Of a stretch of 64,000 bases of DNA, positions 1 through 11,400 are shown one piece after another. The stretch covers positions 14,945-78,944 of the forward strand of contig DF237381.1 of NCBI GenBank assembly GCA_000708835.1, read 5' to 3'. The notes beneath the pieces were generated by a model. It had not been told where the DNA came from. It saw only the letters and a program-made list of their open reading frames with translations, and ran no database searches. The DNA comes from Klebsormidium nitens. Its lineage: Eukaryota > Plantae > Klebsormidiophyceae. Made by a program: the position numbers and the translations under genes. Within the stretch, counting starts at the first letter, position 1. Each line of letters begins with the position of its first letter.

Positions 1-533
1 ATGGCTAATATTCCTCTTCTTTTGACAGGTCATGTTCCCCTGCGCTGTATACAGGGCAGGGGGGCATCAAGTTGAGGCGCAGCAGGTGGACAGTACTTGC
101 GGTTGACCTCGTAATTTCCCCTTCCCTAGGTCTTCATTGCTGGTTCTCAATCTGTACTTTGGCTCGATAGATTAAAGGAGCGCGAGAGAACGTCCCATTG
201 AAAAGGCGCATGTGCTGGACAAAAGTTCATTTGACCTAGTAGCTGTCCACCTCTCAAGCTCTTCAGGTCTTGGTTCTTTTCTTGACCAGACCTCCCAACG
301 CGGCGGAACGTCCAACAGAAAGGTGCGGCGTCTAAACATTGAGTATGTCTGATTAAGGACCTGTCTCTCTTCTCTAGTTCTTCACTGATGTGGACATCTC
401 TTCCTGACAGATCACACCAGCGCAGGGGGACGTCCGATCGGGAAGGTTCAGCAGCTGGACAGCAGTCGCTTTCGGATTTTCCCTCTCTCTAGTGCTTCAT
501 TTTCGGTTCTGAATATGCATTTCTTCTCGCCAG

Positions 534-2259
534 ATCACACCAGCGCGGGGGGACGTCCGATCGGGAAGGTTCAGCAGCTGGACAGCAACTCGGACCGCGG
601 CCGGTGGCTGAGCCAGATTGGGGGAGTCCTGAGCAAGCACTTTGGCCCCGTAACGGCGGCGAAGACCATCTACGAGGACAGTATGGGATACCTTGTAAAG
701 GTGCGGGTTTAGCTCTGCGCACTTTTTCTGACACACTGGGGAGGAGCTGAACCCCGCTTTGGCTATGGTTACTCTTTGGTGCGTGGTATTGGCATTGACT
801 GAAGCCTTTGTGTTTTGCGAGTTGCAAGAACGTGAGTGGGCCACTTCAGTGCAGCCGCTTGGCAGTGCGAAGTGATGGTTGGCTGCATGAGGTGTGACCA
901 GACATCTGGTATCATTGTACAGATTGAGAACACCAGTCCTCCAACAGCTGGTCGAAGGTCTGGCCGATAGGAATGGAAGAGGTTGTTGGAGTCCCCTTAC
1001 CTTAGAACGAGTCCCCTTACCTTCGAATGAAAGGCCTTCGCCGTACTTGCTTCCCTTAGGCCTAGCTTTTATAGCTTTTATAGCTTCACCACACTCTTGA
1101 TCCTCTTAGGACTCAGCCGGATCTTTCCCTTCTACAAGGACAGAAAGGGCGGTCCTTAGTACCTGAGACAAACCCGTTGCGTGACCGGTCTGCTTGCTCT
1201 TTGCTGGGCGTTGATTTGGACGGACAGGATGACGTGGTGCTTATTGGCGTCTCTTCGCCCTGCCAGGTGTCGCTCCCGTACGTGGACAAGCGGACGGTCA
1301 AGATCACGTGGCGCAACACGACCAACGAGTGTATCATCAAGGTGACGGCCACGAGCATTGGCGGCAGCGGGACGTATAACAAGGACGGCCGAATTTACAA
1401 GTGCACAGACCCACAAGCCGAGATTCCCAGGTAGGTCGAGATTGTTTTGTCTGCTTGACTCTGTTCCTTACCGTAGTCCAACGTGATGATTCCAAACGAT
1501 CTTATTTTGAAAATATTTCCAACATTCCGACCAGAAAAGCGGATTTGCTTATGCTGATTCCGACAAGAATCCGAATGCCCTATGTTCCCACTTAGAAGGG
1601 GATTTTTGAGGCGTTTTGGGGCTTCCGAGGACCATTCCAGGACTATTTAAGCGTTCCGAATTTCCGAGTTTCCGAATGCAAATAATTATTTATCTATCCG
1701 GAATCGTTACCTTGGATTACAGTAGTTGGAAAGGAGTGAAGGGTTTTGTTCTTGCGGACGGGGTTCGTTTTTGCTTCTTTCTGAACGTGGTCGTTTCCAA
1801 ATCCGGAATGCCTGACTCGTTTACAAGGCGAATCTGCTCATGAAAAGCGTGAAGAACCGGGGCGACAGTCTGGTAGTCGCAACAGGCATGGTGATGCTGA
1901 ACTGCGCCCCTGTGATCCGATTGGTAACAAGCTGCGGCTGAAGGAAGAAAAGGGGATTAGGTCAGAGGAAAGGTAGAGTGGATACTTTGGGTTCAGGATT
2001 TCAGACTTGCTTGTTAACACGCATGAACAGGTCTTGCGAGGTGCGTCATTCTTCAGGCTGGTCACATACTGCTTACTCATGTAATGTACTTTTGTCCAGG
2101 AATGGCACCCTGACTCGAGAGATCCATCTTCCGATGCTGCTCCCACCAAAGTCTGCACTGCAAGCAAGCTTTGATCCTGTAACTGCGGGGATGGAGATCC
2201 TTGTGCCTAAGCTGACCGCATCTGCAGGCGACTTTGAGATCCCGGTTACAATTCTTTAG
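534..2259 (+). CDS. SLT1-like (sodium/lithium tolerant 1 family) protein with C-terminal HSP20/alpha-crystallin-like fold; 3' part only. Exons 534-700, 1267-1430, 2101-2259; earlier exons not resolved.
   Basis: The spliced peptide reads WLSQIGGVLSKHFGPVTAAKTIYEDSMGYLVK|VSLPYVDKRTVKITWRNT...EIPR|NGTLTREIHLP...GMEILVPK...IL*. This matches the TAAKTIYED / SLPFVD..VKVSWRN / REIPL / LEILVPK pattern of plant SLT1/FYD proteins. GT-AG sites are phase-compatible. Confidence 0.8.
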
Positions 2260-3428
2260 GGGGTAATAGAATTAGGAGCTTTAGGGTAGCCAAGCGGGCA
2301 CCTGCTCATGTAATCATGTTAGTTTTGAAAACTCGCTCTACCAGTTCACCGGTTCAGGGACCACCAATTGTATCCCTTCGTCTCAGTATGTGTTGTTCAA
2401 TGAAGAAGTTTTTGTCTCTTTCGTTCTCTCTTCTTGGCCCTTATTCGAGTCAAGGCCCGGCTGGCAAGGCCCCAGTCTCCAGTTGGAATGTCTTAAAGGC
2501 GACGACTATACCTTTTTTGGATCCCATTGTGCAATGAATGTAGCTGCACAAAGTTTGGCACATGGTTCTTGGACATTCTGCAATCTACATGGGTCGTGCA
2601 AATGGGGCACCGTTTTGATTGCACTGATCATGCTTTGTTAATTATGCATCGGGCATGAACTTTCCGAAATATTGCAAACTCAAATCATTTGAATTCGGAA
2701 GTAGATTTTTGAGTCACGACTCACGTACTATAAGCGAAACGTGATTGGACGTCTATGTTCACAATGATCGATACGCGGCCCGCCATTGGATCGATTACAC
2801 AATATAACGCGTCCATCTCGCTAATCATTTTGGAAATTAAAATCTTGTGCACATAAATCGAGTCCCCGAGTGGCGATCTTAAGCAGCCGCGCCGCAAGAA
2901 TTTCAATATGCATGAGGGGGATTTGCAATATGGAAATTGGCACCTTCCCCAACATGTTGGATCGGACCTGCGGCAGCCCCTTATATAGTAGACATCACAT
3001 TGCAAGCTCCGAGGATTGCCACTTGTATTTCAACCCAGGGCCATAGCGCAATCATGCACTTGCGGCAAACAATTGTTATTTCTTTTCAGCTGACTTCGTA
3101 AGATCTTCATTGTCAGGTCACACCACTTGACGGCAGGCGGTAGAAGGACCACAAAGACATGCCCGCTGGCACTTTGTCCTGAGTTGCATCCTGACACCCT
3201 ACCCTGGCATTTGACTCTCCTCACTTCTCCCAACCCTCAGATGTATTCATCTTCACGACACCACTACTAAACTACCTTTAAATTTTCCTGCGACACCACG
3301 CTCCTTCTCATTCAAACTGTGCATCAACTAACTGTTTCTGCTTCTTACGTGCACGTTATGTAGTTCCTAAACGACTACTGTGACATACTTTGACTGGACA
3401 CAATGTCACACAATCAAGACAAAGCATC

Positions 3429-4675
3429 TCAGCAAGGCATAACCTGCTGCATCATGGTGTGGAACTCCTGGAAGTTGACTTGACCGTCCCCGTCCTGGTC
3501 GACGCCCTGAATCATCCGGGAGCACTCCGCCTCTACAACCGGCTCACCGAGCAACCGGCTCAGGACCTGCATAAGATAGTTGTCATCGATCAGAAAGTAC
3601 GCTGCTGAAAGAAAGTACCCTGATGAAAGCAGACACCTTGAGAAGGCCACCTGATGGGCGAACAAAGGAGCCAGATGCATTGAACTTCTACAGAACCAGG
3701 GATCTGAAGAGGCCACTGCCAAATTTTCATCTAAAGGTGAATCACAACTAAAGTGATCACCTCACTGGAAGTGGCACCAACTAAAAACATATGATTAAGT
3801 TACACTTAACCGCCAGATCTGCAGTGGCTGTAAACTTGCAACCTGGCATCAGATGCAAGCAAAGACAAGCACAAAACAGCCCACCCCATGACAGAACGCA
3901 AAGTATCAGAGGAATATCAAAGAGAATGAAGACCCACCTGCTGCAGTTCCTCGCACGAGATGAACCCATTCTTGTCGAGATCGAACACATCAAACGTCGC
4001 CCGCAGCTCCGTATCCTCATCCCCCGCAAGTCCAGCCTCCAGCGCCATCTTGTTCAGGTTCAGAAACTCGCCGAGGCAGATCGACCCATCTCCATTCTGG
4101 TCCACGGCCGTGATCATTGCGGTAAGCTCAGCATCCGTTGGGTTGTCCCCAAGCGACCGCATCACCGCGCCTAGTTCCTCCTTGTCGATGCATCCGTCAC
4201 TGTTGTGGTCGAAGTACTTGAACGCGGCGATCAGATCGTTGACCACGTCCTCAGGCAAACCCTCCGCTTCAGAAGGGAGCGCGACCTTGGGTTTCACGAC
4301 GCTCATAACCGGCGCAGCGGCAACCGCTTTTGAAACCGTCCCCACTTCCTCAATCGCCGACCCAACCGGGGGCGGAGACGAGAGCTTCCGCACCTCCCTG
4401 ACCTCAACCTTCGGCGCCCGCTCCATGTTTTCTGCTGCTCTAGTTTCCTTGGGAGAGTCGAGGGAGCTCTTTGAGAGCCTTAGCTTGCGCTCGGCGTTTG
4501 GGAAGGTCAGGTGCGTGTCGCTCTTGGTTCTCTGGGGGAGTTCTTCGGGGCGGGGTCTGCGGCTGAAGGGCCTGAGGAGGGCCTTGGCGAGGCGGTGAGA
4601 GGGGCTGGGTCTCTCCGAGGTGGTGACCTCTGAAGAGCTGGTGGTATCGATGCTCTGTTTTGACCGTCTCCACAT
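3429..4675 (-). CDS. Calmodulin-like (CML) protein with four EF-hands and a ~140-aa basic Ser/Pro-rich N-terminal extension. Exons 4675-3938 and 3566-3429.
   Basis: EF-hand loops [36 protein letters not shown] and [12 protein letters not shown]. The intron has a cag|gtgggt donor and gcag|gtcctg acceptor in phase 0. Confidence 0.92.
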
Positions 4676-5774
4676 GCTGCGCTGCAAAACATGACAGAGA
4701 AGAGTTAGAGCTTCAAACAGTGGGTCCAGATTGTAACACAGTTTGTTCAGGACAGGTCTCAAGCAATCAGGAGCTTTGCTAGGGCGTAATGCTCAAAGCA
4801 TCACCACTGGTTTGGCAGTTCGGCGGAAGATTCAAAGAGGGCACATGAAGTGGGTGCCCTTTTCAATCACGATGTGGAATGGCTTCCAAAAGCCTGAAAA
4901 ATGACAACCGCACCGATGCAGCTTGATTCTGTTCATTCGCAGTACAAAAGACATTTCTGAATTCTGAACCATTTCTGAACTCGCTGGCCTGCTGCCTGCT
5001 TAACCGGAGGCGACTGTCAGTGTGGACTCTGGTTGGCTGAACCTGAAAGCAAGCTCAAACCCACATCTGCTTCTGAGAAAGCGTGTCAGGGTAAAGCAAG
5101 CCCACTCGCAATCCAATCTCTGGTCCAACCCCGTGCACTTTAGAGGAAGAGAAATGAATCAAGCAAAAACAATGACCTTGTAGCGAACCAATGCCTTTGT
5201 TCAATTCACGCTGGCTGAGGATGAGGGCAACAAGGCTCACCTTTGAACACTCTGGTGTTGACGATCACCGGGTCGTGACACACGGAAGCATTCGTACTCC
5301 TTCGGATGGATGAAGAGGGCAACGTCTACTTAGAGATTGCTGGATTGACTGAAACGTGCACGATTCCTGGGAACTCCTGGATTGTTGATGAGAAGGAGCT
5401 GAAGAGGTTTATGTATGCTGTAGAATGCTTCTCAGATCATTGCCTCAGAAAGCCCTGCACACTGCAGCCGCGATACGCAACCAGCTCAGTCGCTGTTACC
5501 TGCTTGCGCCCCAAGAGGAAACTGCCAAGGTGCCCCTGAAGTTGCCCTCCAAACAGGCCATTTCGACACTGCAAGAGAGCAATGCGCCCTAGCCGCCACA
5601 GACTCCTCGTGATCAAGATTCAAGCAGTACGGCTTCAGACATGTCTTCACTTTTGTTTGACACTCGACAAGATGACTTCGGTTGAGAGACACATCAAAAT
5701 ATTGTTTTAGTGTCAACTAAGGCTCCTTCCGAGCAGCTTCTGCATGTAGATTTTTCGAACAGAATGTCGCCATG

Positions 5775-5972
5775 ACTCTGACAACTCTTGCTTTCACTAA
5801 CGACAGCTTTCACCAAGATAGGCACCCGGGGAACGGGTGGGGTTAGGGTGGGGGTTAGGGTGGGTGCGGGTACGGAGCGGGTAAAACGTAGAGGTTAGGG
5901 TTTTTAGTTGAGGTGCTCGGAGTTCCTCTATCTTAGTGAAAGCTGCGGTTAGTGAAAGCAAGAGTTGCCAGT
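5775..5972. mobile_element. MITE-like element, 198 bp, with ~45-bp imperfect terminal inverted repeats and an 11-bp flanking direct repeat
   Basis: Left arm caactcttgctttcactaacgacagctttcaccaagatag (within 5775-5821) is the reverse complement of ctatcttagtgaaagctgcggttagtgaaagcaagagttg (from 5928) with 3 mismatches in 40 nt. atgtcgccatg flanks both sides (5764-5774 and 5973-5983). Confidence 0.7.
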
Positions 5973-7599
5973 ATGTCGCCATGTCTCGCCACGTCCGAGC
6001 GGCCGCATCCGAGCAATCGGACGGGTCACGATTCCTGAAAGGATCGGATGCTTCTTGCTGAAGCCGGGCCTAATCGAACGGTCTAGAACCCCGCAGAACG
6101 AAGCTAGCTGGAGGCGGTGTGACTAAAGTGTGGCTGGAGGACACTAGACGTGCGAGAATTCCGAAGTTCGTATTGAACCTCAGAATAGATCAAGGTTCTT
6201 ACATGACTTCTAGCGTGCACGCTCTAGTCTTCTAGACGACCTATTCTATTCGATCTTCCGCTCTGTCTTCGGTACTTATCACAATAGGTATCTGTTCACA
6301 AGGTCGAAGCCTCCTGAGTCAGGGATGCCATGTCGCCATGATTAGTCAAGCCTCCTGTCCTCCTGAATCGCGAGGAGGCCGTAATGTGGCCATAGCTATC
6401 TGAGCCTCATCGATCAATTGCATGAGTGATTAGGAACTCCAAATGCATCTATGCATTGACTCTGCATTGATGAATCAAATTGGCCCTCGTCATGATCACC
6501 GGTGGGGGACCGGTGGCAAACATATGGCTGGCCGCCGTAGTTGATGTTGCAGCATATGTCTATATGCTTCCCGGCGTGTATGTTCAAGCAGTGTCTCGAG
6601 AAAAGCTTTGCCAGCCATGCTGTTTGAACGGCGTCATGTTTGTGATCACAGCTTGGACGCATTGCGTAACGTGCGCGCTGTTTTCGAGTACAATTTCGAT
6701 CAGTTCGATCAAGCTTCCAAGTTTAATTACGGCCATACGGGAGCCGCCCCCGCGCAGCCGCGCGCTCTTTGCAACGAAACCACTATTGATTTGAAAATTC
6801 AGCAGTGACAGCCCCTGAGAAAGGTTGTCGGCCGGCTGAATCCGCTATGACGCGATTAAAACGTGCTGCAGCGATCTGAGGCCGCCGCGCCGGCGCATCT
6901 GATATGCATTCCATAATAAGCCCATGGAGGAAGAAATCCTCCTCCATCACTGCTCCCTCTCACTACGAGTGTCGACTGAGCAGACTCATGCGATCATGCA
7001 TATCAATCCGTGCTCAACGGCGGCAAGTCAGAACATTTGAGTGCGATTCGAATCACACTATACCTGCCTAGTGGAAGAACAAAACACTTCGAAATTGGAA
7101 TCTTCGAGTGAAACTTGATTTGGCACCTGATCCACTGTCCTTGCAGCTGCTGCAATCTATTACGAAAGACGAGTACTTCACAGGGAACCTGCCTCCGATT
7201 GCCTCACTGAGCAATAACCTTAGGCCGGTTTCTAAGCCGTGCCTGGTTTCGTTAACCTTGTTGCGTGCATCATTTATTATGCCTCACAGCGCGTGAGCTG
7301 TCCGCTTAGCATCCCGATTGGAACTCTAGCCGCTAGGCTACGGGTCCAATAAATCTCTGCCTTGAAATATAGGGGGAAAATACCCTAAAGGTAAAACCTG
7401 AGCGAGCGTTCTACCTTGACGTGCGGGGGATCGAGTTCCTGGCCCCCTCGTCGGCAAGTACTTACGTTACCTGCCTTGTGCCGATTCATATGGAACTTGT
7501 CCTGGCTCTACGTGCTTTCATTGCACCTGCTTAGTTGGGCCCGCCAGCAATGCTTATTTGCTCCGATTACGACCAGTCTCTGCGCTTGTCGCTTGACCT

Positions 7600-8440
7600 C
7601 TTTCCAATCAAAATCCCTCCCCCGTGTGTCGAGTCAAGCCTCCGAAAATTTACTCCTCGACCAATTTCGAGGGCACCTACTCGGACCATTTTCAACTAAC
7701 GACCAGTCACGAGAAATGCTCTTTCCTTTCCGATTCAAATCTTCTCGAATTGAAGCTACTCCATCATCTTTTCCGTGCATCGATTCGCCGCCGAAAATTT
7801 ACTCGTTTCCCACCCCCGTGCATCTGATCGTCATTGAAGAACATTTCAATTATTTTCTGCAAATCAACTTGTTGCTGAAAGAGTCCTCGCCTCCGCCCCC
7901 CATCACGGAGAGTGAGCATTCACTCCTCCCCCTTCATCCGACTCGTCGCCGGAAACCCACTCTTCCCTTCTCTCGTGGATCGCCCCAGTTCCAAAAACCC
8001 ACTCGTTCGTCGTTACAGAAGTATCGACTCGTCGCTGAAAACCTAGCTCCTTTCCCCCGTTACCAAACAGTATTCGCGTCTCCCCCCGTCCATCTACCCA
8101 TCGCCAAATACTTTTCCGCTCCGCCCTCCATGTGTTGATTCGTTGCTAAACGAAACCTTCTCGCGTTTTCCCTGACACCAAACCCTCTCGCTTCTTCCTT
8201 CCTTTTTCCGCTTTTGCCAAAACCTACTGACCCCTTCCACCCTCAGCGAAAGGCTCCTCGCTCCTCCCCCCGTGCATCGACTCGTTGCCAAAACCTGCTC
8301 TTTCCTTCTCTCGTGGATCGACCCAGTTCCCAAAACCCACTCGTTCCTCCGTCCAAGTATCGACTTGTCGCTTTATTCTACTCCGTCAACCGAAAGCCTA
8401 CTCGTTCCGTTCCCCCTGTATCGACTCGTCGCCGAAGAAC
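7600..8440 (-). repeat. Degenerate tandem repeat (~35-40-bp unit, with a ~105-bp higher-order block) downstream of and overlapping the hydrolase stop codon
   Basis: Recurrent + strand motif ccccgtgcatcgactcgtcgccgaaaa/cccactcgttc. Block ~7930-8045 resembles ~8270-8375. The last unit encodes FFGDESIQGERNE* on the minus strand. Confidence 0.75.
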
Positions 8441-11400
8441 TTGGCCAGCTTCGTCCGACTGCTCTCCGGCAAACCATTTGCCGCTTCCCCGAGCCCCGCC
8501 CACTGCGCCTCCGCTTTCGCATCGGGGGGGTCCTCCGCGTCTCCCATCAGCTCTGCCCAGGGGTCCTCCGCAACCCCCTGGAACGTGTAGAACCGGAATC
8601 CGTTCTCTGCGACCGTCTCCTTCAGCTTCGGCCGCCGTTCCGCCGGAACTCCGTCCCGCAGGAACTCGCACGCGTCGGTCAGCACCCCCGGAACGGAAAA
8701 GACGTACCCGTGCCCGAGAAGGCTCTTGTCCAGCCTGGTAGCGTCTACCAGGTCGACGTTCTGCAATGTATCGTCAGAAGGGCGCAAAGAATGAGCGAAA
8801 GGGACTAATAGACCTTGTTTGCACTTTTGATCTGCTATTGAGCATGACACTGCTTCCGACGTCAAGCAGTGTCAGGACACGACGCGCCAAGCAAATCTCA
8901 TCCCAAAAATAACTGAAAAAGGGAAATAGAATCTCGGCACGAGGTGACAAATGACCTCAGCAGCCAACTTATCGGAGATGAATTTGAGAGAACGTAGAAC
9001 AGCACTTCTGTTGATCTATTGAAGCTGCTCAATGTAGCCTGGCGTTCCGGCCCACACGGCCTTCTGCGATCTAGCGATCTGACTGCAACGAGTGCACAGG
9101 GCAAGGTGTACTCAAAGAGGGCGTCGGGGAGACCGGTCCCCCCTCGGCGACCAGCAAAGTGCCCAGAGAGCCAAATTGGTCGCTCGGGACGATTCCTGAG
9201 ATGTAATCTAGTCCGTCGGATGGAAAAATATTTCAGGAGTCAGATGGGCGAGCGTTCCTTGAATTCTGACGCCCTCCTCAAAGCAAAGTCAGCCCAGCAA
9301 ATCCGTTTACCTCTGCGAACGGTTCGTACCTCTGCGAACGGTACGTGCCAGGGGCGTACCCCGGGGGAGATTGGAAACGTCCCGAGGCGGGGGTGGCTGC
9401 CGTGGATGCGGGACGACACGTGGAGAGCCTGGTCGGCGGAGGACGCGTAGATCGTCACGTGCTCCACCTGACACGTGGCCGAAAGAAAAGTCCGTCAGTG
9501 ATGCCCTTTCGGTGATACTAGTACCCTTGCCTTCTGCTTTCTCATTTCATTTCGGGCTTCTGCACTTATCCTTCTTCGCCGTCTGGAGGTTGCCCTTTCA
9601 GACGTCATCTACTTCGCACTCAAAAAAGGTCCCGGAAACAGGGCAGCTTGCCACGTGGCAGATTGTATGGTCACGGCCCCTGCCACGCCCGAGGACAGCG
9701 AAGGATGGAGTAGTCTGCAAACATGAAGAGGGTGCTCCACGAAGCCAAACAAATCTGAGAGCAATCCTTGCGAGACCCACGAAAGTTCAGAAAAAATCCT
9801 CAGATTCAACAGACGCGAAAAGTCGCCGCGCAAGAGAGAGCGGAGATTTCTTTTCCGGCCGCAACTAAAATTATGAAGCCATTGGGTGGCGCCTAGATTA
9901 GACTTGAGTCGCTGGCCCTATTCGACATTGGAGTTTCGAGCACGTCGTAATCCCTTCGCGACCGCGTCTTCTGTTCCATCAAGGTCTCGAATATAGTAAA
10001 GACCAACTCAAAACCGAACGGGAGAGAAAGAGGTGAGCAGAAGAGAACGAAAAAGAAGAGGACGGAAGCTGATTCAAACAAGATCGGAACTGGTGCCTTT
10101 GTCCGCAATTCGTTGCTGTCCAAAAATGAACGAAGCACTTGCAAATCCACCAAGAAAGCACCGACAACGTTGTGCGAAGTTGATGACAGACAAGCTTTCA
10201 AGACGCCTCGTGAGGCCATTTGCTTTTGACCAGGCGAGAGGCAACCAAAACGTGGGCTCAATCGTGTCCGTGTGCCAGATCTCAACCACCGCAAACGAAG
10301 ACAGAAGTTGCTAACTAGAAACTTCTGCCATGCCGTTTCTTGCAGCTACCCCTACAGTTTGTACATGTTTTCTTAGCCAACGTGGAACAGGAACTGGATT
10401 CGAAAGAAACGACAGTCTACTTCGCTGCTTCCGCATTTGAAACTGTCACGTCCCTGACTCAACAGGCAAATTTGGGGAGGTACAACTTCGAATCGCCCAG
10501 TTTCGCCGGAAGCAGAAGTTGGAAGTTGGGCAGAGCTGAGCTGAGGGCAGGGTTTCCGAAAGGCCCACCGTTTTGCTCAGCTGACTTTGCAGCTGGTAGA
10601 ACTCCCCGAGGTCAAAGTCCGGGGCGGCCAGCACCAGGCGGCCCAGCTTGGCGGAGCCCTCAGAGAGTTCCCCCAGCGCGAGCCTCATAAGCGCGTACAG
10701 CACAACCCGGGAGCCCATACTGCACGCAGGAAGAATATTTGAAAGGATTTTCGCTTTTGCGGCGCTTCTAAATTGTCGCAAAGCACGAATTTATCCAGAT
10801 TTACGGATGCAGGTTTGCAGAGGCGGGTGCCATTACGGGAACGCACCTCCTTTTTGAGGGCTTACAAGCCGTCTGGGTGTCCGAGCTCTAGACGAAATAA
10901 CCCTCTAGATCCCGGTATGCAATGGGAGTGGTCGAACGGTCATCTGGAAGCTTCCAAGCCGAGTGGTCGAAGCGAGCCATATTCACTCTCTTCGAGACCC
11001 TTAAAAGGCAGAGCGGGATTTCGCTCCGGTGGTGAGTAAAGCCTTTGCGGAGTGGCCGGGTTAAGTCTATTGAAAGACGGGCCGGAGTTAAAAGAAACCA
11101 GGGCTCCCATGGCATCGGCTTCACCAACACACAGTCTGCAAGATTTGCTCTGTAGCCCAACAGGCTGACTGCCAAGCCGGAACTCCCAAAAAACGTGTTC
11201 CCTTTCTTCTTATGAAACCCCAGCTCTGCGCATTGAGCTGCACCCTGTCCACTTTGTCGGGATCTCTTCCAATTTTAACCAAGCAAGTTGCAGTAAACCC
11301 GGCTAGAACAGGACCTTACCTGTGGACGATCAGATGCACCTTGTCCAGTTTGTCGAACCTCTTGCAGTCACAAACCAATATAAAGAATTACAGTAGTCCG

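Noticed and set aside
5055-5716. Short ORFs upstream of the CML gene (e.g. MDEEGNVYLEIAGL...)
   Set aside because: No recognisable motif and no convincing splice partners.
5835-5900. True telomere or chromosome end
   Set aside because: There are only three scattered TTAGGG motifs, internal to a MITE, with genes on both sides.
7416-8808. Long + strand ORFs (240, 175 and 178 aa)
   Set aside because: They arise from the pyrimidine-rich tandem repeat and the antisense of the hydrolase last exon.
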